Below, piece by piece: positions 47,115 through 59,200 of a stretch of 64,000 nucleotides of DNA. Numbering within the stretch: position 1 is the stretch's first letter; each line of letters opens with the position of its first letter. Source of the stretch: an uncultured Clostridia bacterium (lineage in GTDB: Bacteria; Bacillota; Clostridia; Oscillospirales; Oscillospiraceae). Under the pieces are notes generated by a model. The model was not told where the DNA came from and made no database searches. It saw only the letters and a program-made list of their open reading frames with translations. The stretch spans positions 11,434-75,433 of the forward strand of contig CAMKFK010000001.1 in NCBI GenBank assembly GCA_946411835.1, read 5' to 3'. The position numbers were made by a program, and so were the translations under genes.

Positions 47115-47420
47115 TTGAGAAAACGTCCCATCAAAATATCGCTCCGTTTGAACGAGCAGGAGCATGAGCATTTGAAGCAGCAGGCCGCGCTCTCCGGCTT
47201 TCCGATGGAGCAGTTTCTCCGCGGCTTGATTGCCGACGAGAAAATGCGTCCGCGTCCGCCCAATGAGTACGCCGAGATACGCCGCCAGCTTGCCGCTATC
47301 GGCAATAACATCAATCAGATCGCCCGCACCGTCAACGCCCGCGGCTTTGCCAGCCAACAGGACATTGACACTGTAGCGTCCGCACAGCGGGAAATCTGGC
47401 AGATGATGGAGCAGCTTTAG
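47115..47420 (+). CDS. mobC: MobC relaxosome accessory protein (RHH)
   Basis: KISLRLNEQE...QLAAIGNNINQIARTVN. Confidence 0.9.
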   Translation: MRKRPIKISLRLNEQEHEHLKQQAALSGFPMEQFLRGLIADEKMRPRPPNEYAEIRRQLAAIGNNINQIARTVNARGFASQQDIDTVASAQREIWQMMEQL

Positions 47421-47421
47421 C

Positions 47422-48783
47422 ATGGCCTACACGAAAGTCTTTGCCATTCGCCGCAGGCTGGACGACCGCGTGAAATATGCGGTCAACGGAGAAAAGACCG
47501 AGCTGGACGCAGGCATTGCCTACGCCGTCAACCCGGAGAAAACTGAACAGGTACGGTTTGTAGACGTATTGAACTGCGCCAGCGCCGAAACCGCCTTTGA
47601 CACCATGCGCGCCACCAAGCGCAAATTCAAAAAGATGGACGGCGTTCTCGGCTATCACTTCATTCAGTCCTTTGCGCCGGGAGAGGTCACGCCGGAACAG
47701 GCACACAAGATCGGCGTGGAATTTGCGCGGCGTATGTTCGGGGATCAGTTTGAGGTGGTCATCGGGACGCATCTCGACAAAGCCCATCCGCATAACCACA
47801 TCGTCGTCAACTCCGTGTCCTTTGTGGACGGGCATAAATATCATTCCAGCCCGGAGAGCTATTACAACGAAGTCCGCGCCACGTCGGACGAACTGTGCCG
47901 GGAGAATGATTTGTCCGTTATCACTCCGCAGGGCAAGGGCAAGCACTACGGCGAATGGAAAGCCGAGCAGGACGGCAAGCCCACGATCCGCGGCATGATC
48001 CGTGCCGACATGGACGCCATCATTGCCGAGGCGTACACGCTCGACACCTTTTTCATGCTGCTGGAACGCAAGGGCTACACCGTCCACCGACGTGGCCCGC
48101 ACCGCAAGTACACGACCGTCCAGCCCAAAGGGGCAAAGCGGGCGATCCGTTTGGCAAGCCTCGGTGACGAGTATACCGAGGAGAGCATCAAGCAGCGGCT
48201 CGCCCAGCAGCGCCAGAACAACCTTTACTATGTCCCCGCACTCCACACGCCGAAAAAGCGCGTGAAGCGTTACAGAGTGCGGGGACTCTTTTTTTATGCC
48301 CATCAGCCTAAAATCAAAGGCTTCCACGCGCTCTATCTCCGATACCTCTACCTGCTGCGGCGCACAAGGCGGCGCAAGCAGCCCTACCGCGCCCCGTTCC
48401 CGCTGCGACAGGAGGCGGCAAAGTTTGAACGCTATCAAGCGCAATTCAAGTACCTGTTGGAGCAGGACATTACGACCACGGGCGAGCTGGAGCAGCGGAT
48501 CGCGGTGCTGGAGGGAGAGATCGCGGCGCTGACCGATGAGCGCAAACCACTTTATCAACAACGAAAGGAGGCATCCGATGAAGAAGCACAAGAGCAGATT
48601 TCCGCGGAGATCGACCGGCATACCGCCGCCTTGCGGCAAAAACGCCGGGAGCTTGCCCTATGCCGCCGGATACAAGCCGATATACCGCAGGTGTCCGAGC
48701 AGCTCCGGCAAGTGCGTGAAGAACACAATGAAAATGTGAGAAAGGAGGAACGACAGCATGAGTACCAACGGCGAAACCGCTGA
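47422..48783 (+). CDS. MOB_P-type relaxase
   Basis: YHFIQSFAPGEVTPEQAHKIG; HUH motif THLDKAHPHNHIVVNSV. Confidence 0.9.
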   Translation: MAYTKVFAIRRRLDDRVKYAVNGEKTELDAGIAYAVNPEKTEQVRFVDVLNCASAETAFDTMRATKRKFKKMDGVLGYHFIQSFAPGEVTPEQAHKIGVEFARRMFGDQFEVVIGTHLDKAHPHNHIVVNSVSFVDGHKYHSSPESYYNEVRATSDELCRENDLSVITPQGKGKHYGEWKAEQDGKPTIRGMIRADMDAIIAEAYTLDTFFMLLERKGYTVHRRGPHRKYTTVQPKGAKRAIRLASLGDEYTEESIKQRLAQQRQNNLYYVPALHTPKKRVKRYRVRGLFFYAHQPKIKGFHALYLRYLYLLRRTRRRKQPYRAPFPLRQEAAKFERYQAQFKYLLEQDITTTGELEQRIAVLEGEIAALTDERKPLYQQRKEASDEEAQEQISAEIDRHTAALRQKRRELALCRRIQADIPQVSEQLRQVREEHNENVRKEERQHEYQRRNR

Positions 48784-49369
48784 CCTGATGGTGCGCGAGG
48801 GCATCCAGATCACCGAGAGCGTAGTCAAGCTGGCAGGGCTGGGCGCGAAGAACCTCGCCGCCCTTTTGATTGCCCTTGCCAACGACAACCAAAAGCTCGC
48901 CGGCAAGACAACCTTGAAGCGGCTCATTCAAGACGGCGACGAGCTGACCATCTTCTCCGTGAAAAAGGAGGATTTGGACGGCTTTCGCATGGAGGCCAAG
49001 AGCTACGGCGTTCTGTACTGCCCCATCATTAACAAGATGGAGAACACCGGCACCGTGGAGATCATGGCAAAGGCAAAGGACGCCAAGCAGCTCAACCGCA
49101 TTTTTGAGCGCATGGGCTATCCTGCGCCGGTCAAGGAGGACGATGCCGCAAAAAAAGCCGACGCCCGCGCTCCGTCCGTGAGCAGCTCCAAGGAGCGCGG
49201 GACTGGTGCGAAAGCGTCTACGGAGCAGACTTCGGTGAGAGCTGACGAGCGCCCGTCCGTCAAGGGCAGGCTTGCCGCTTACAAAGCGGCAGCGGAGGCC
49301 GCGGAGAAAGCCGCCCCCGCACAGGAAGCGGTCAAAGTGGCCGTTCAAAAAAACACACCCGAACGATAA
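48758..49369 (+). CDS. PcfB/DUF3801 family protein
   Basis: GKTTLKRLI...DLDGFRMEAKSYGVLYC...KAKDAKQLNRIFE; ERPSVKGRL. Confidence 0.75.
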   Translation: MSTNGETADLMVREGIQITESVVKLAGLGAKNLAALLIALANDNQKLAGKTTLKRLIQDGDELTIFSVKKEDLDGFRMEAKSYGVLYCPIINKMENTGTVEIMAKAKDAKQLNRIFERMGYPAPVKEDDAAKKADARAPSVSSSKERGTGAKASTEQTSVRADERPSVKGRLAAYKAAAEAAEKAAPAQEAVKVAVQKNTPER

Positions 49370-49382
49370 GGAGGATTTCATT

Positions 49383-50279
49383 ATGTCCAATATTGGCAGT
49401 CTGATCGCGGAGCAGACGAAGCAGACCGAGGAATTCAAGGCGCGCAAGACCGCCGAGCGCGAGGAACTCAGCGAAATGACCGACACCGCCATCGGCAACA
49501 TCACGCAGGAGCCGGAGGCGTATCTGCACTATCTGGACGTGCAGGCCGACAACCCCGGCTTCAGCGTGTCCAATGTGCTGCTGGCGATGCAGCAGTACCC
49601 CGAAGTCACGGTGTTCAACAGCGTCAAGGGCTGGAACGCACAGGGACGCAGCGTCATCGGCGGCGAAACGGGCATCAAAGTCCGCGTGTCCGAGAACTAC
49701 ATCAAGAACGGCAGGACGCACCGCGGCTATAAGGTTGGGCGCGTCTTTGACATCACGCAGACCACGGGTAATCGCACGGTGAGTAAGACCGTCCTTGCGG
49801 ACAACACGCCGCAGATGCAGCTCGCGCTCCGCGCGCTGCTCTACAAGTCCCCCGTCAAGGTCAACCCGGTCAGCGTCAGCCCGTTCAAGGACGGCGCTTT
49901 TGATGCTTTCTATGACCCGCAGCGTCAGATCATCGACGTGTCGGAGGTGCTGACCGACAGCCAGACCTTCGCCGCTCTCGCCCGCGAGATCTTCCGGGCG
50001 AAAGTCCACGACCACGGGAAGTACACCGGCTATACCCGCGAGGAAACGGAGCTGGACGCCATCAGCGCCAGCTATATGCTCTGCCGCAGCTTCGGCGTGT
50101 CGTGCAAGAAGCCCGACGCCACCAAGCTCGGCATTCTTTATGAGGGTATGGAGCCGCAGGACGCCCGCGGCATCCTCGACAGCATCCAGGGCATTTTCCG
50201 CGAGATGCAGGGCGCGGTGCAGAATGAGATCACGCCGCAGCAGGAGCAGAAGCGGGCGTACAACCAGCCGGCAAGATAA
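49383..50279 (+). CDS. ArdC-like ssDNA-binding domain protein
   Basis: FSVSNVLLAMQQYPEVT...KGWNAQGRSVIGGETGI...VFDITQT; degenerate zincin-like C-terminus. Confidence 0.7.
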   Translation: MSNIGSLIAEQTKQTEEFKARKTAEREELSEMTDTAIGNITQEPEAYLHYLDVQADNPGFSVSNVLLAMQQYPEVTVFNSVKGWNAQGRSVIGGETGIKVRVSENYIKNGRTHRGYKVGRVFDITQTTGNRTVSKTVLADNTPQMQLALRALLYKSPVKVNPVSVSPFKDGAFDAFYDPQRQIIDVSEVLTDSQTFAALAREIFRAKVHDHGKYTGYTREETELDAISASYMLCRSFGVSCKKPDATKLGILYEGMEPQDARGILDSIQGIFREMQGAVQNEITPQQEQKRAYNQPAR

Positions 50280-50293
50280 GGAGGGCGTACAAC

Positions 50294-51295
50294 ATGAAAA
50301 AACGCATCATCGGCATACTCGGCGCGGCGCTCATGCTCGTGTGTATGAGCGCCCCCACGTTTGCGGCGGCTTCCGCAGAGGAGCAGCAGACGGAGGCCAT
50401 CACGGAGGCGGCGGTTATCCCGCCGTCCCCCACCGTCTACCCCGCGGAAGTCCGAGCCAGCGAGGAAAACGGCGTCGCGCGTCTGGAAAAGGTCTACTAT
50501 CTGACCGTGCGCGACGATCCCGCTGCCATCCCCACGGAGGACTTCGACCGTGAGGGGCGGCACTACACGCTTTTGGACGTTCTCAAAACCGACATGAGCG
50601 AAACCGACGTCAAGGACTACGCCGAGGTCATCACGCTGGAGAGCGCAACAAAGGACGTGGGCGAGATCATCAAGGTGTTGGAGCCGGAGCTGGAGGTCGT
50701 GACCGAGGACGGGTACAACGGCCTTTTGAAGCCCGACTACACCACGATCAACGTGGAGGTTGCCGGCTACAAGACGAGCAGTTGGACGGTGAGCGCCAAG
50801 CGCACCTATCCCAATCTGTCCGACGCTGACATTTCGCTGCTGCCCAAGAGCATAGAGGACAGCGGACGGACGCTCACCCTTGCAGATGTGGACTGGCAGG
50901 ACGCCGGCACAGACTATGTGGACGGCGACCCCCTTGCCGTGCGCTATACCGCCGTCGCCACCTATACCGGCACGGCGACCAGCCGCAACGCCACCGGCTA
51001 CACGGTGACGGTGGACTACAAGGGCGAGGTCAGCAAGACGAGCTGCGATACCATTATATATACCGCCGTCTTCTCCAGCACCGACGCGCCGCAGACCGAG
51101 CAGCCCCGCCAGAGTGCGGAGCCGCTTGACGAGGCCGGGGAGGAAGTCACAAAGGCTGCGGGAGAAGCCCCTGCATCGTCCTTTAACGCGCGCCTGCTGC
51201 TGATCCCCGTGGGCGTCGCCGCGCTGGGCGCTGCCGGCTACTTCGGGCGCAAGGGCTATAAGCACTACATCAATAAGAAAAGAGGTTATGAGTGA
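50294..51295 (+). CDS. exported protein with C-terminal membrane anchor (paralog of 26717-27652)
   Basis: Signal peptide; YPNLSDADISLLPK vs YGNLDSNDMSYVPS; C-terminal TM plus basic tail; no LPxTG. Confidence 0.8.
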   Translation: MKKRIIGILGAALMLVCMSAPTFAAASAEEQQTEAITEAAVIPPSPTVYPAEVRASEENGVARLEKVYYLTVRDDPAAIPTEDFDREGRHYTLLDVLKTDMSETDVKDYAEVITLESATKDVGEIIKVLEPELEVVTEDGYNGLLKPDYTTINVEVAGYKTSSWTVSAKRTYPNLSDADISLLPKSIEDSGRTLTLADVDWQDAGTDYVDGDPLAVRYTAVATYTGTATSRNATGYTVTVDYKGEVSKTSCDTIIYTAVFSSTDAPQTEQPRQSAEPLDEAGEEVTKAAGEAPASSFNARLLLIPVGVAALGAAGYFGRKGYKHYINKKRGYE

Positions 51296-52116
51296 TGAAA
51301 AAGTATCTTTCTTCGCTGCTGACCGTCTGCCTTATGCTGACGGCCTTATGCGTTCCCGCTTCGGCGCTGGACTACGACTTCACCGGCCCGGACTCCGGGA
51401 CGTTTGGAGAGCCGACGTCAGATCACACGGTCTATGTCGCCGTCCGCGACGATACGAACATTGACCGCAGTAAGACCGCCGCGATCATTCCCCCGCGTTT
51501 CGGTTCGCCTACGTCATACACGCTGAACGCGGGAGAGCTGCTGACGCCCAATCTTGTCAATCAGACCGCGCAAACCACCGGCGCGGCGGCCAACACCTCC
51601 ACCGGCGTCACGGTCATGCCACCGTCTACGCTGGCCACGCCGTCCAATCCGTTTACGGTCACGACCACGAACGGCGTGACCGGCAGCTATGCGGCAGCGG
51701 GCTATACGTCGGTCACGTCCGACCTCTATTACAGCGGCGGACACCTCGGAACGCTATCCATTCCCGCCATCGGGCTGACCGTCAAGGTCTACCAAGGCAC
51801 GGATAACGCGACACTCGCCAAAGGCGCAGGGCATTTCACCGACACCAGCGTATGGGACGGCAACGTGGCGATTGCGGCGCATAACCGAGGTGTCAACAAC
51901 CACTTCGGCAAAATCCACACGCTGAACGTAGGCGATAAGGTCACCTACACAACAAAGCTCGGCACTCGCAGCTATGAGGTGTACTCCGTCGCTAAAATCC
52001 CCGTGGACGATCTCTCGGTGCTGAATGACAGCGCGGAGAACATCATCACGCTTGTCACCTGCGTTATGGATCAGCCATCGTACAGATGGTGCGTACAGGC
52101 AAAAGCGACCGCGTAA
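51292..52116 (+). CDS. sortase (class D-like) with cleavable-looking signal peptide
   Basis: AAHNRG, ITLVTC, YRWCV; N-terminus ...CVPASA|LDYDF. Confidence 0.85.
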   Translation: MMKKYLSSLLTVCLMLTALCVPASALDYDFTGPDSGTFGEPTSDHTVYVAVRDDTNIDRSKTAAIIPPRFGSPTSYTLNAGELLTPNLVNQTAQTTGAAANTSTGVTVMPPSTLATPSNPFTVTTTNGVTGSYAAAGYTSVTSDLYYSGGHLGTLSIPAIGLTVKVYQGTDNATLAKGAGHFTDTSVWDGNVAIAAHNRGVNNHFGKIHTLNVGDKVTYTTKLGTRSYEVYSVAKIPVDDLSVLNDSAENIITLVTCVMDQPSYRWCVQAKATA

Positions 52117-52120
52117 TTTT

Positions 52121-52149
52121 TTGACAAAGATTTCCCTTTTCTGTATGCT
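52121..52149 (+). promoter_or_regulatory. sigma-A promoter for the transglutaminase-like gene
   Basis: TTGACA-N17-TATGCT. Confidence 0.7.
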
Positions 52150-52180
52150 ATTCTCAGAAAGAAAAAAGGAGGCAGCGAAC

Positions 52181-53206
52181 ATGAAAAAGGGAACGATGTT
52201 TTATGGTATTGTCTGCTTTATGCTCGGCGCGATGGTGTCGGGCGGCGGCATCGCCTACGCCGCGGGTATTCTGGCGGAGCGGAGCGCAAACACTGTCTAT
52301 GTGGACGGGCAGCGCATCGAGCTGGAAGCCTATCTGATCGACGGCTCCAACTATGTGAAGCTGCGTGATGTGGGGCAGGCCGTAGGCTTCAACGTCTATT
52401 GGGACGGCGTGGTGCAAATCCAGAGCGGCGCGCCCTACACGGGAGAAGCCCCGGCAAACGCAGCGCCGAAAATGAGCGAAGACACAGCAACCCCTACCGT
52501 GCCGGAGCAGACGCCCCCGACCGCATACCATGAGCAGGCGACCCCCGCCGTGTTTGACAGTATCTACACGGCAGCGGCCTATGACGCGCTGCGGGAGTGC
52601 ATCGTGAACGGCGGCGACAGCGCCCCCGTCTCCATGAGTGCGGAAACTCGCACGGTCATGATGAACGCTACCGCCGCCATCGGCAGCTATCCGGGCTATG
52701 ACCTCAAAGGCAAAGCGGACGGCACGACCTACTTCCAGACAAAGTATTCCAGCTCCTATGCGGACGCGGCAAAGACCTGTCAGCAATTCCTCGACGGTCT
52801 TGCCGGGAAAAGCGATAGCGACAAGCTCTACGCCATCGCCTGTTATATCTGCGACCGGCTGGAATATGACGCAGGCTCCACGGCAACGCCGCGCGTCGTG
52901 TTTGCGTCTGACAGCTCCAAAAAGGGCAACTGCATGAGCTACGCCCACGGTCTGCAATTCCTCTGCGATCTCGCTGATATTCCGTGTGTGTTCGTGCATA
53001 GCGCTGTCCATCAATGGAATGAGGTCTATGTCGGCGGCAGATGGTACAGCGTCGATCTCACGTCCTTTGACATCGGCTATACCGACCGGGGGAGCGCGAC
53101 GCTTCTCCATGACGCCGCCGATATGCAGGGCAACATCTTTGAGCAGGCCGAGCCGTGGCTCACCCGCTTCGCAAAGGAGCTACTTGTCCCCGGCTCCACC
53201 AAGTAA
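52181..53206 (+). CDS. exported transglutaminase-like protein (paralog of 24742-25761)
   Basis: AAGGAGG RBS; GNCMSYAH...HQWNEVY...WYSVDLT. Confidence 0.8.
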   Translation: MKKGTMFYGIVCFMLGAMVSGGGIAYAAGILAERSANTVYVDGQRIELEAYLIDGSNYVKLRDVGQAVGFNVYWDGVVQIQSGAPYTGEAPANAAPKMSEDTATPTVPEQTPPTAYHEQATPAVFDSIYTAAAYDALRECIVNGGDSAPVSMSAETRTVMMNATAAIGSYPGYDLKGKADGTTYFQTKYSSSYADAAKTCQQFLDGLAGKSDSDKLYAIACYICDRLEYDAGSTATPRVVFASDSSKKGNCMSYAHGLQFLCDLADIPCVFVHSAVHQWNEVYVGGRWYSVDLTSFDIGYTDRGSATLLHDAADMQGNIFEQAEPWLTRFAKELLVPGSTK

Positions 53207-53222
53207 ATCAACCAAAGGCATG

Positions 53223-53253
53223 AAGCACCGTTCAATTATGGACGGTGCTTTTT
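53223..53253 (+). terminator. intrinsic terminator upstream of the adhesin
   Basis: AAGCACCGT...ACGGTGCTT-TTT. Confidence 0.7.
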
Positions 53254-53280
53254 CTATGCCCATTTTTGAAAGGAGTACCT

Positions 53281-56200
53281 ATGAAAACTGCTACAACCTA
53301 CGGGAAAAGGGCACTGTCCCTTTTCCTCGCCCTCTTGATGACGGTTTCCCTTTTGAGCGTCGGCGCGTCGGCCTCGACCATCGAGGACGGCAGCAAAACC
53401 GCATACATGACCCTCGGCCCCGGTCATTTCTATCTGAAAACCACAGCGGGGACTTCCCTCGGCGCTTGGGGCTATACTTACACGACCAACGACGGTTTGA
53501 CCGGCCCCGCGTACTGCGTCAATCATGGGCTGCATTTCACCAACCGGACGCTGCCCATTGACGGCAAATATACGGCCAGCCCCAAGACGGCGGGCGTGTT
53601 CGCCAACGGCTATCCGCAGCACTCGCTTGACACCTTCCTCGGTCTTTATCTCAGCCAAAATGCCATTCTCAGCGGCTTGACCGAGGAAGAATACGCCTAC
53701 GCAACGCAGCTTGCGATTTGGGCGACGCTGGGGCAGCTCGGCATTGACGGGACGCCGTTCACGGCAGGTCGTGAGCAGATCGTCCAGCCCACCGGCGACA
53801 CGCAACAGGCGCGCGTGTTCCGTGCCGTGCAGCTCCTTTTGAACGTCGCCAACGCGTGGACGTTCGTGCCGCAGACAGGTATGTATATCCGCACGGACGA
53901 GGACACGCTGGGCGGCAATGTTTCCGTTCCCGCCGATATGACGCTGGAATACGCAGCCGACAATGAAAGATACGGCTTCAAGCGCGAGGTCATCGGCGGC
54001 AAGTCCTACTATACCCACAAATACATCTTCGCCAGCGCCACGTCCACCTACTACGACGGATATAACATCGAGGTGTGGGCGGACGGCGCGCCTGCGGGAA
54101 CGATCTTTACCGACCTCAACAATGTGGAGCTGCCCCGCGGCACATTCCGCGAGACGGCAACGTGGACGCTGCCCACCGAGAACAAGGCCACCTCGCTCAA
54201 CGACAACGGTTTTGAATACTCCGGCGCGGCGAAGCTCTGCATCCCCGCATCCACCGCCCCCAACAGCGGCGACATCACGATCAACTGCGGCTCTTATGTT
54301 ATGCAGTATAACATCTACCTTGCCCACAACGAAAGCAGCAGCGAACAGAGCTATATCATCGCTGACCCCAGCAAAGGGACGCTGACCGCCGACGCCGCGC
54401 TGAAATGGGGCGGCATTGTCACGGAAACCGGCGATTTGGAAGTGATGAAGGTGGACGGCAACGGCATTCCCCTCGCCGGGGCAGAATTTACCCTTGCCGG
54501 CAGCGACGGCTCCACCCGCACCGGCACCAGCGGCGCGGACGGAAAGGTGACATGGGATTTGCTGAATCCGCTTTATACCTACACGCTGACCGAGATGAAG
54601 CCGCCCGCGGGCTATGGCGTCGCTGACCCCATCACGCTGAATATCAAGGCGGCGCGTACCAACTATGTGACCGTCAAGGACTCAGTATCGAAGCAGCTCA
54701 CCGTCAAAAAGATCGACAAGCAGACAGGCTACTCGCTTATGGGCGCGGTCATGGCCTTTGAGCAGATCGACGGCAGCTTTTATACCACAAAAGCTACCGA
54801 CCATGCGGGTATGATCCAGCTCGACGCCGACCAGCTCCCCATCGGCAGCTATAAGGTGTATGAGGTCGCGGCCCCGGAGGGCTATGAGCTGGACAGTACG
54901 GCGCAGACGGTCAACTGGGACGGACTGCGCGACGTGACCTTGACCTTTAACAATGTGCGAAAGCCCACGCTTATCATCTATAAGTGCGACGCGGGCAACA
55001 ACTACAGCCTGCCCTACGCGACCTTTGAGGTCTACCGCAACGGGCAGCTTGTCACAACCGTCACCACCAATCAGAACGGCCTCGCCTATGTTCCCGATGT
55101 CACGACCGGCTATTATACGGTCAAGGAAACGATTGCCCCCGCGGGCTATGTGCTGGACAGCACGGAGCATAGCGTCTATGTGAACAACTACGACCCCGCC
55201 ACCACCGACGACCCCCGCATCGCCATTGAAAACAAGGTCATGCCGATGCTGCGGATTGTGAAATATGACGCGCAGACCAAGAAGCCGCTGCCCGATACCA
55301 CCTTCGCCGTCTACCGCGACACGGCGCTGATCGGGGAGTACACCACCGACGCCAACGGCGAGGCGTTCCTGTATGACCTTGCCCCCGGCACCTACTTTGT
55401 CAAGGAAATCTCCGCCCCCGATACCCATGTTGTCAACAGTACCCCGCAGGAGGTCAAGCTGGAGGCGGGAGAGCAGAACTATACCCTTGTTTTCCTCAAC
55501 TATCTGAAACCCGGCATCCACTTGACGAAGCTGGACAGCCAGAGCATGACGCCGCTGGTCAACGCCCGCTTCCGTATTACGGAGATCGGCGGCACGTTCT
55601 CTAATGAGTACACCACCGACGCAAACGGCGAAATCGACCTGTCCCGCCTCACCCCCGCGTCCTATACCGTGGAGGAGCTTGCCGCCCCGGACGGCTATCT
55701 GATCGACGACGCCAAACGCACCATCAAGATCAACGAGGGCGAAAACGCCTCTTTCGTGTTCACGGACACCAAAAAGCCCGTGCTGTCCGTTTTGAAGTAT
55801 GACGCGCTGCGGGAAAAGCTGCTGTCCGGCGCGACGTTCCGCATTGCCAAGATCGAGGACGGCTCCCATTATCTCGACCGCATCACCGACACGCAGGGCA
55901 GCATCACGATTGAAAACCTTGACCCCGGCGTCTACTCGGTGCAGGAAATCGACGCGCCCACAGGCTATATCGTCAACAGCACCGAGTACCACGTCCAGCT
56001 TTTCCCCGGACGCACTTCGCAGCTTATTGTGTGCGACGATAAGAAGCCGGATCTGCGAATCATCAAGAAAGACGCGGACACCGGCGCTCTGCTTGCCGGC
56101 GCGACATTCAAGATCAACCGCGCGGACGGCTCTACGCTGACCACGGAACAGACTGACGCCAACGGCGAGATCTTCTTGAAGGAGCTTGACCCCGGCGTTT

Positions 56201-59200
56201 ATCAGATCACCGAGGTTTCGCCCCCGACCGGCTATCTGCCCGCGGAGCAGCCGTCGCAGCTTGTGACGCTGGAGCCGAACAAACTGGGGACGGTGATTTT
56301 TGAAAACCACATCAAGCCCACGCTGACCGTGAACAAGATCGACAGCGTGACCGGCGACCCGTTGAAAGCCGCAAAATTCCACATCACCTATGCCAGCAAT
56401 CAGACCTTCAGCGGCGAGATTAACGACCTCGGAGATTTCTATACCGATGAAAACGGTCAAATCGTCATCAGCGAATTAAAGGACGGCTGGTACAAGGTGT
56501 CGGAGCTGGAGCCGCCCGCGGGCTACGCCATCAAAGACCCCGCCACGCAGGAGTTTTATATCCTCGCAGGCAAGGGCAAGACCGTCACCTTTGAGAACAC
56601 GCCCCTTTCCGCGCTCGTTGTTTTCAAGTACGACAGCGTGACCGGCGAAGCGGTCAAAAATGCCGTGTTCCAAGTCAAGTACCTGTCCGGCACCAGCGGT
56701 ACGGGCGGCACGGTCATCGGCACTTATCTCACCAGCGCCAACGGCAGCTTCACCGTCACCGGCCTCGAAGCTGGGACGTATGTGGTGGAGGAGCTGGCCA
56801 GTGACAGCGGACACGTCATTGACGCCGCGCCGCAGACGGCCTATATCAGCGGAGAGCCGCAGAGCGTCGTGCAGCTCTATTTCGGCAACGCGCCGAAAGG
56901 CTCCCTGCTGATTAAGAAGATCAACAGTGCCAACCACGCGCCGCTGTCCGACGTGCAGTTTTTCATTACGGACAGCACCGGCGCAGTGGTCGGGAACAGC
57001 AACGGCTATTTTACTACCGACAGCGCCGGCACGATCCTCATTGACGGCATCGCCCCCGGCACGACGCTGATCGCAAAGGAAACGATTGCAAAGGACGGCT
57101 ATGTGCTGGACGATACCCCGCAGGCCGCGTACATCAAGGCGGGGCAAACGGTCACGCTGGAATTTCGCAACGCCCCGAAGGGCGGGCTGATCGTCCAGAA
57201 GTACGACGGCATCACAAAGGAGCCGCTGGCGGGCGCGCAGTTTAAGATCACCACGTCAAGCGGCGAGCTTGTCCCCGGCAACGAGGGCTTGACGAGCAGC
57301 AACGGCGTCTATACCACCGACGCGCAGGGGCAGATCGTGCTGACGAAGCTGACCCCGGACACCTACGTCGTGACGGAGGTGAAAGCCCCTGACAATTACA
57401 AGCTGGACGCCGCGCCGCAGACCGTCCGCGTGAACGAAGCGGACACGCAGACCGTCAGCTTTTACGACGAGCCGTCCACGACCCTCATTATCCGCAAATT
57501 CATTGCGGGAACGGAGAATGAGCCGCTTTCCGGCGTTGCGTTCCGCGTGGTGGACGGCAGCGGCGCGGCAGTCGGCCCCGATGATGGTGTCTACTACACC
57601 GACAAGGCCGGCGAGATCGTACTGGACGGTCTGGAGCCGGGAACTACCGTAACCGCTTATGAGATCAAGACGCCGGAGGGCTACGTTTTAGACGGAACGC
57701 CGCAGGATATTTTGATTAAGGCCGGAGAGGTGCAGCAGCTTACCTTCTGGAACAAACGGACGGGTGCGCTGGTCATTCGCAAGCTGGACAGCACCACGAA
57801 GAAGCCAATCAGCGGCGCGGAGTTTTCCGTGCGCTATGCGGACGGGCGCTTTGTGGACAACGCAAACGGGCATATTTCCAGCAACGGCGTCTATACCACG
57901 AACCGCAACGGCGAAATCGTCATATCCGGCCTCACGGGAACTGTTGTCGTCACCGAGGAAAAAGCCCCGGACGGTTACATCCTCGACCCCGATAGCCGGA
58001 CGCAGACCGTGACCGTCAATGCCGAAGATACGCAGACGCTTGTATTTTACAATACGCCTGTGGGCGGGCTTATCATCACCAAGAGCGACGAGGAAACCGG
58101 CGCACGGATCTCCGGCGTACAGTTTGAAGTGCGAAAAATGAACGGCGAGATCGTCGGACAGTACGCCACAGACCGCAACGGCACGATCCGGCTCCCCGGC
58201 CTCGACAGCGGCTGGTACACCGTGACGGAGCTGAAAGCGGCGTCCGGCTATCAGCTCGACCCGACCCCGCAGAGCGTGGAGGTCAAGGACGGGCAGACGG
58301 CGACGCTTGCCCTCACCAACCGCAAGACTTCCCGCATCCTGCTCCACAAGATCGACGCCGATACCGGCAAAGGTATCTACGGCGCGACCTTTCTGCTCTA
58401 TGACAGCAACCGCAACCCCATCGGGGAGTACACCAGCGATCAGGACGGTTACGTCTATATGGACGACGGCCTCGCGGACGGGCGCTATTATGTGCGCGAG
58501 ATCAAGGCGGCGGACGGCTATGTGCTGGACAATGAGCTGAAAACCGTCTATGTCCGCTATGGCTCGACCAGTGAAATCACATGGCGCAACAAGGCAATCC
58601 GCGGACAGATCCAGATCGTGAAGAAGTCCGCGAACGACAACCCAATCAACGGCCTGCCTGCCGGTACGCTGCTGGAGGGCGCGGTTTTTGAAATCACCGA
58701 CAAGGCCGGCAACATCGTGGACACCATCAAGACCGACCGCAACGGGCGCGCGGCGTCGAAGCTGCTGCCCCTGTCCCGCTACACGGTCAAGGAAGTCACC
58801 GCGCCCAACTACTACGCGATCAACCCCACCGTATTCAACGCCTATCTGGAGCATGAGGGGCAGATCGTGAATTTTGAGGTGCTGGACGAAAGCATCGCTA
58901 CCGGCGTTGCCATCAAGAAAACCGGCTATGCGGAGGTCATGCCCGGACAGAGCATCAAGTACACGCTGACCGGCATCGCCAACACGTCCACCGTGCCGCT
59001 CGGCTCGTTCTACTGGCGCGACACGCTGCCCGGACAGATCGCACTCGACAAGATCGTGACGGGAACGTACAACCAGCAGCTTGCCTATAAGGTGGTCTAT
59101 CAAACCAACCTCTCCGGCGGCAGCTATCGGACGCTGGCGGACAATCTCAGCACCACAAAGAACTACGCGCTGGACGCCCGCCCCGCGACGCTCGGCCTCG

